A stretch of 40,517 bases of DNA, taken from Nemertoderma westbladi (taxonomy: Eukaryota; Animalia; Xenacoelomorpha). Below, in pieces: positions 32,509-40,517 of this stretch (positions within the stretch are counted from its first letter, which is position 1; each line of letters opens with the position of its first letter). The stretch is taken from assembly GCA_032718475.1 (NCBI GenBank), contig JAUCBJ010002231.1:1-40517 (forward strand), read 5' to 3'. The position numbers were made by a program, and so were the translations under genes. The notes beneath the pieces were generated by a model, which was not told where the DNA came from, did not search any database, and saw nothing but the letters and a program-made list of their open reading frames with translations.

Positions 32509-32868
32509 ATGACGGGAATGGTGTCGCGATATATCCGACCGGAACTCACTCGAGTTTCCCTTAAATACGTCACTTCCGTCGAAGCAACGTTCAATCCGTG
32601 GCAAACTAAACTGCGATCGTGTCGGGTCTTCCTGACCTGGTTGAACGGGGCCAACGGTCGGGTGACCAACCCAGACTGTCGGATAGTCACCAAGGTAGTC
32701 AACGATAATGTGGAACCCGTAGTGGCTGTCAGATTCAAAGACGGAGATTCGTTAATCTTTAAAACCCGAGAACTTCAGTTCGATTACCTAAGGAAAACCT
32801 TCCAGCTGTTTCAGAAGCGAAAGGAACGCGAAATAACGATGTTGGAAGCGGACGTGATGATACGTTGA
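32509..32868 (+). CDS. MRPL53: Mitochondrial ribosomal protein mL53, single exon
   Basis: LKYVTSVEATFNPW...SCRVFL...RVTNPDCRIVTKVVNDNVEPVVAVRFKDGDSLIF follows the mL53 pattern (F.PF...S.R.FL...TN..C.....V..D..EP...V.F.DG..LI). Start may be 32509 or 32518. Confidence 0.85.
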   Translation: MTGMVSRYIRPELTRVSLKYVTSVEATFNPWQTKLRSCRVFLTWLNGANGRVTNPDCRIVTKVVNDNVEPVVAVRFKDGDSLIFKTRELQFDYLRKTFQLFQKRKEREITMLEADVMIR

Positions 32869-34922
32869 TTGGCTGACTGACGGACCTATCGTACGATGCG
32901 CAATAGATCGGTGACATCCCATTGGTTGTCCGTTGGGGTTGGATGACCTCCGAACAATCACATCTCAGCCGTAGACGCGTTTTATATTGTTTTTGAACTA
33001 ATAACCGGGAATGGATCCCAGAGACGCTATTTAATATAAAAACTAGATCGGCTCTAAACCAACCGAACAAATGTTTGTACTTTTAATATCTGTTATTATA
33101 TTAATAGCTATCCCTTCTTGTATTATTAGCTTTATTTATAGGTAAATAAATTGTAATATAAAGTTTATCGATTATCGCTAATATTTTAACCGATCACAAC
33201 GGAAAATAATAATGCTTTTAATTTCTATATTCTCATCAAATAATAATTGTTTTATTTAGAAATCTTTGGGCCAACATTAATACTGTAAGGCATAGAACAA
33301 TTACACCATCTGGTTTGGCGATTAAATTCCATTGTCCCTACCTACCGTGTAGCTCAGCATTTTTAGTTGAATGGGCACAACTTTCACACAATCTGTTGTC
33401 TCAACTAAACGGCCCATAGGGACAATGATAAACCGCATTTTTGAAGTCTTAAAATTTTGTAATGTTCTATTTTTTTCAAAAGCCGTACGAAAGTGAAAGT
33501 TTCTTTGTTGCGCAGTGAACGAAATGTGCCGACCGTTTCACATTACTACATGTTTTCAAATAAATTCAGATAATTAATTTCGGCAATTTAATAATTTATT
33601 TACGAATTGATATGACTACATCAAAAAAATAATGTCATTCATAAAGCGGAATAGAAGAGTGGTTAGCAAGCTGGCATTCAACCTACGGGTTACCAGTTCG
33701 ATCCCAGATGATGGCAATGTCGATGAATGAATGTGAAATATAGTAATAGCAGAAATACTTCGTTGTTTTTGGACGCATAACGTTTTTTGAAAAGTCGTAT
33801 GAATCTGGAAATGTGCCTGATGCGTAGAGCGTTAAAATTAACGCTAGTTTGAATTTTACAAAATTTCATTTCAACCAGCAGTTCAAAAGTTACATTGCCA
33901 AAAACGCACATCCTTTTTGAAAAGTTCTACAAATGTGCCATTTGTGTAGAATGCGAAAGGTTATGTTTGTTTCAATTTTTCATAATGAAATTTCAAAGAA
34001 GGTTCCAAAAGTTTTAACCAAAACAACAAACCGAATGCGATAACATTTCATCAACTTATATACGCAATTACTTGAAAAAGTATCCAAGGGGAGGGAGAGT
34101 TTAACAGCCATTCTGAACGGTAATCTACGATGCTGAACGATACTCTACCGTTAGTTGCCGCCTTAGGACGGTCTGCTTTAGTGAATCCAAAGTTCCCGAT
34201 GCCTTCTAAGGTTTGATCCCAACTGCTACGGTGTTTAAACGCCATGCTGTTCTACTATGCCGATAAGTATAATAAGCTTTGCTATCGATCCTGAACGCCT
34301 CGTGCTGATCAATTGCTCGTCATGTAGGTAAATTTTATCGGTAGAAACCGTTAACCATTCTAGAATACCGATCAGAAATGCCTGGTGTACCGTTAACTTG
34401 AAGCAATTACCGTTAACCACTGTAGGGTAATATTTTATTAACGCCTTTACGGAATTCGATGGCGTTTTCGAATTTTATATTAAACACAATATCCTGAATC
34501 TCACTAGCCTAGTTTCGAAGCACCAATGCAAGACTTCATGCTTTTTAAGGAAATTTTTCTAGAATACTTTGTATTTAATTACATTGATAAGGACTTCTTA
34601 TTACTGGGTGCATATAAATTGATGGAGTTTTCAATTTATTAACTAAACACGATATCGCGCATCGGACCAGCATGGTTCCGAAATTCCAAAACAAGGTCTT
34701 CACTATTTGCAGGTTGATTTTGTTATAGAATTAAGCAGCTAATAATAGATCAAATTTCTTAGTAATTATTGTATGAAATATGATTGTATTTTTACATAAT
34801 TATTAGTTCTATACTATTTCTCGTTGTCTCTTTTATTTGAAAGAAAAAGTCGGTTCCTTATCGGGCCGCTGGCCCTTTTCTAGTTAGGAATCGAGAGGTT
34901 ACTTACTGTAAGAATTACTCGA

Positions 34923-36828
<1,906 letters not shown>

Positions 36829-36829
<1 letters not shown>

Positions 36830-36930
36830 TGCATTTCATTGCATTGCCTTGCATTGCATTGCATTACAGTGCATTGCAGTGCATTGCAGTGCGTTGCGTT
36901 GCGTTGCATTGCATTGCATTGCATTGCATG
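36829..36930. repeat. (TGCAT/TGCAG/TGCGT)n pentanucleotide microsatellite
   Basis: Directly abuts the tetranucleotide array. Confidence 0.9.
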
Positions 36931-38959
36931 AAATCCATAAATAAAACTTGAATACAAAATGTAAAATCGGAATGCTGCAAAATATCACTTTCTGAGCTAA
37001 GAAAGGAAAATTGGATACAACTTGTCTGGATACAAGCGGTCCGTTTACCTTACAACAAATTGAAAAATAAAAATGTGCGAAATTAAAAACAGTCTGGGGG
37101 GGGAGTGTCCGGGGGGGGGGGGTGTCCTACTTAAACGGAGGGGGCGCAGGGCCAAGCCATAGGTTGGTGCGTGTGCGACACCCCCCCCCCCCCCCCAATA
37201 TTTTGGGCCAAGTCGGTAAAAACAAGACGATTGTGTCTGAGAATTCGGTAAAACACAGAAGGGTTGGGGAAGTCGGGGAATGTTCGAACAGCGGATAAAT
37301 AAATTGATACCCAAAATGATAGATTACAATAAACAAATTAGTATGTAACACAGTATCACTGTTGAGTTGATAGGAAAACTCGATTGTGGCCTGTAGTATA
37401 AGATAATTCAATAAGTTGTGTAACACACTGTTTAACAAAATAAAAACAAAAAACCAGACCAGACTCATTATAATGAAGGCATGGTGTATGCTTGTGTGCT
37501 CATTAAATGAGGTCATTTTTAATTTTTTTGTAGTTTTCTTGTCCGTGTACGCGTTGCGTGTAGTGAGAACTCTCATTTTAACACACAAAACGTTGGAATT
37601 TCAGTCTGTGACCCGTGACACTAACTCTACTACTCGCCTTTTAAGCGTATCTTTTCAATGTATTGTTTGTGAATGTTTGTAATTTGAAAACATTATCAGG
37701 GCAAGTGCTAATATGCCCGCCCTTCTGTTGAATATCATATTAACAAAAATTTCTAACATAAACCGTTGTTTGCCGCTGTCTGACCTTTCAACCTCAATCA
37801 CAATTTCCAATCACCATGGTCTCATTTTTTATTGTTGTATACATTCGTGTAAAGAAATTATTGAAAGTTATCTTTGCTCGCTACGCTCGCATTGTTCTAT
37901 TTAAAATTTATCTGAAAATGTTAATACAAAAGGTCCTTTCTCACTGCACATATTGCAACATACATTTTAGGCCTACATATTGGAATTCGAAAAATATGCG
38001 CGCTCCATTCGCATATCTCTACTTTAGCAGAATACAAGCTGACATGCTTTAATTAAATACAGAGAGATTTTGTTTTAAAAATTATTTATAATAAATATAA
38101 TTATATTCTTCCAAAAAAAATTGTGTAGCTCATCTCACATCACCTTTCCTTTGACGCCACAATAGGACCTGATCTGAGTGCAGTTACTGTAAGCTGCAAG
38201 ACTGTACTCTTATTTAGTCCTGTCCTGGTATGCATGTCATAACCATTATTGGCAAAATATTCTCTAAACATAAACCATAAATTTATATAATTTTTAGTTC
38301 CGCATCAGGTCCGCGTAGCGAGACCTCTAGTATTCACTTCGTTGTTGTTGTTGTTGTTGTTAATTTACAGATAGGTATTGGTATTGGGGCTTTGTACGGC
38401 TCCAGTAACTCAGTTGGACTTGGAATCTCTAGGTACCGATGTGGTCATCGGTGGTGTGGTCATATTGACCCCCCCTCTCTAAAATCTACAAATTTTTTTG
38501 ATTTTTTATTTGATTTCATTATAGATTTTTTGTTTTTACGTAGATTTCACTAGTCTGAATCCGACCGAAAAAACTAATTTCGAAAAAATGTACTGGGATG
38601 GTTATTTTGCGGTACCAAAATTACAAGTAGTGCACAATTTTCATAACATTTGAAAGTTACAATTTTCGGTTAATTGTCTTTGAATACAGGTTTTCTGGGG
38701 TGCAAAATCCATTGTAATATATTTAAAAATAATATGATTAGTATAAATGGCTGTTTAGTCCTCTATGCGTAGGAAAAAAATGAAAAAAACAAGTAACCAG
38801 CACTTTTCAGTTTGAACACAAAATTTTTAATTCACTTATACGATGCTATAAATTCCCATTTTCATGTTTTCTAGGGCGCTGATTCTAATGGAATACATTT
38901 CTAATATGCTAGATCATTGCTACTCGTATTTTCGGCGTAATTTGGTAAATTTTTGTGCT

Positions 38960-39320
38960 AGCACCAAATTTCGAACCTATCACCAAAAAGTACATGTCCA
39001 GTGCTGTTTTTATTGATTCCATCGGATTCAGGACTCTCATAAACCCGTATAACGCAAGAAACAAGATGATACTATCTATTGATCGATTTTCTTATTTACA
39101 AAAATTTGGTTCAGGCACAACAATTTTCACCCACACGGCGAAAAATACAAGTTGAAAAACTCTTGTGCAATTTTGACTTATTCCATTGAATTCAGAATCC
39201 TCACAATCCCGTATAACGCAAGAAACAAGGTGACACAATATCTATATTTGACGGTTTTCAAAATTTGGTGCCAACACCAAATTTTGCACCCACTTCCGAA
39301 AAATAGTACAAGTTGGAGAT
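38960..39320. repeat. Degenerate ~164-bp tandem repeat (~2 copies)
   Basis: CCCGTATAACGCAAGAAACAAG at 39044 and 39208, with matching flanks (TTCCAT..GA.TTCAG.A..CTCA, AAAATTTGGT, CACCCAC, TACAAGTTG). Confidence 0.75.
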
Positions 39321-40517
39321 GTCTAGTTCGAGAATTATTTATTCTATTGAATATTATATTGATACGCCTGGCGCAACTCATATATATTCTATCGAAACCA
39401 AAACCCCAAAAAACCCATATTGCTATTGCGCAAAAAACAGGTTCAAAATATTGTTTTGGTTTGATATTATGATATTGATATTACGTACATATATATAGTG
39501 TACTGTATCTTGCTCCTTCCCCTTAATTGATCAAATTACATTTATTTACATTTAACATTTATTTCCATTACTGGTCATATGACGGGGGGGGGGGGGGGGG
39601 GGGGTATGAATATTAATATTCGATTTGACTTGTGAAAGGTCCATCTCAAGATTGACCTTGAATCTATCTTACTATTATTCGTTTCTCAAATATATATTTC
39701 AAGGTATCTTCAAATCATTGTTTCAGCTGTTAGTAAGGCATATTATTGTAAAATCATTCAAATACATACTGTTTATTGTTTATTGAAATGGTTTTAGGTA
39801 TTCATTAGAAGTGAAGATCAGCTCTACCACGGAGAACTCGACGAGCGCACCAAATAAAATATACAATACAATAAAATACATATTATACTTAAAAAATGTT
39901 AATTTGATTGATTGTAATTCTGTTTAAAGAGAAATATCGGATAAAAAACAAGGTTGATGGAAATTGTTTTAATTACAATTCAATCTTAAAAGAGAGTTCG
40001 ACTGGACGCTCCTGCAGGCTGTGTAACCCGGCAGCCCGGTTGGTCTGGAATGTCGCTCAGATATGTATCTAATTTTAGTTTACTGTAGTGATACAAGCAT
40101 GAAATTTGTTATGAACGTTCCTATAGGGTCACTTTGCAGGAAAAAAGTGCTAGCCACTTGGAATTCAGACATGGCGGCCTCAAGTACACGTTGCCATGGC
40201 GACAGTCCTTAATGAGAGACTTACAGTATAACCCATAACGGTGGTGGAGATTTAAAGAAAATTATTTACATATGTGCACCTCATTTTGATAAATATATTG
40301 TTGATTATATAATTTACTCCCATTTTTACCAGTTGTTTATTGATAGCATCCGATATATTCTTTGCCCACTGTCGGTGGGATATCCTCCACTGCCTATCGT
40401 AAGTTTTATCACATTAAATTGTGACACTCAGTAAATATTTAATTTGTATTATACATATCATTCTTTCAACACAATAAAAAAATAATTACATAAGTAGAAA
40501 ATAAATTTAAATTACTC

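Noticed and set aside
34051-34420. Two short minus-strand ORFs
   Set aside because: No recognisable motifs or supporting splice structure.
40190-40203. Near-perfect X-box GTTGCCATGGCGAC
   Set aside because: No gene start nearby in the window and the context looks like degraded interspersed repeat.

Overview
Repeat-rich eukaryotic (probably invertebrate animal) genomic DNA, not prokaryotic. Genes: (i) last coding exon of RPA2 (+, 277-619); (ii) six coding exons of a radial spoke head protein gene, RSPH4A/6A family (-, ATG at 28129 down to 9871, with an RFX X-box upstream; its remaining exons are not in the window, so RPA2 appears to lie antisense inside one of its introns); (iii) intronless mitochondrial EF-G1 (GFM1, +, 29866-32145) followed 363 bp later by intronless MRPL53 (+, 32509-32868). 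Each of the four large RSPH introns is filled by a different minisatellite. The most striking observation is that two of these arrays are tandem amplifications of the gene's own splice junctions: about 140 copies of the exon 3 donor (41-bp unit) and about 190 copies of the exon 6 acceptor (31-bp unit). The 25-bp array in intron 6 is interrupted by a non-autonomous hAT element (carrying a nested Harbinger MITE and a probable tRNA-derived SINE) and by an apparently full-length CRE-like non-LTR retrotransposon (Cys-rich N-terminus, 21-bp coding repeat, RT, CCHC, restriction-like endonuclease; two frameshifts; 13-bp TSD). The right end holds a ~2 kb compound microsatellite and degraded repeats. 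Most long ORFs in the ORF track are repeat artefacts. All family assignments come from motif recognition, not from database searches.
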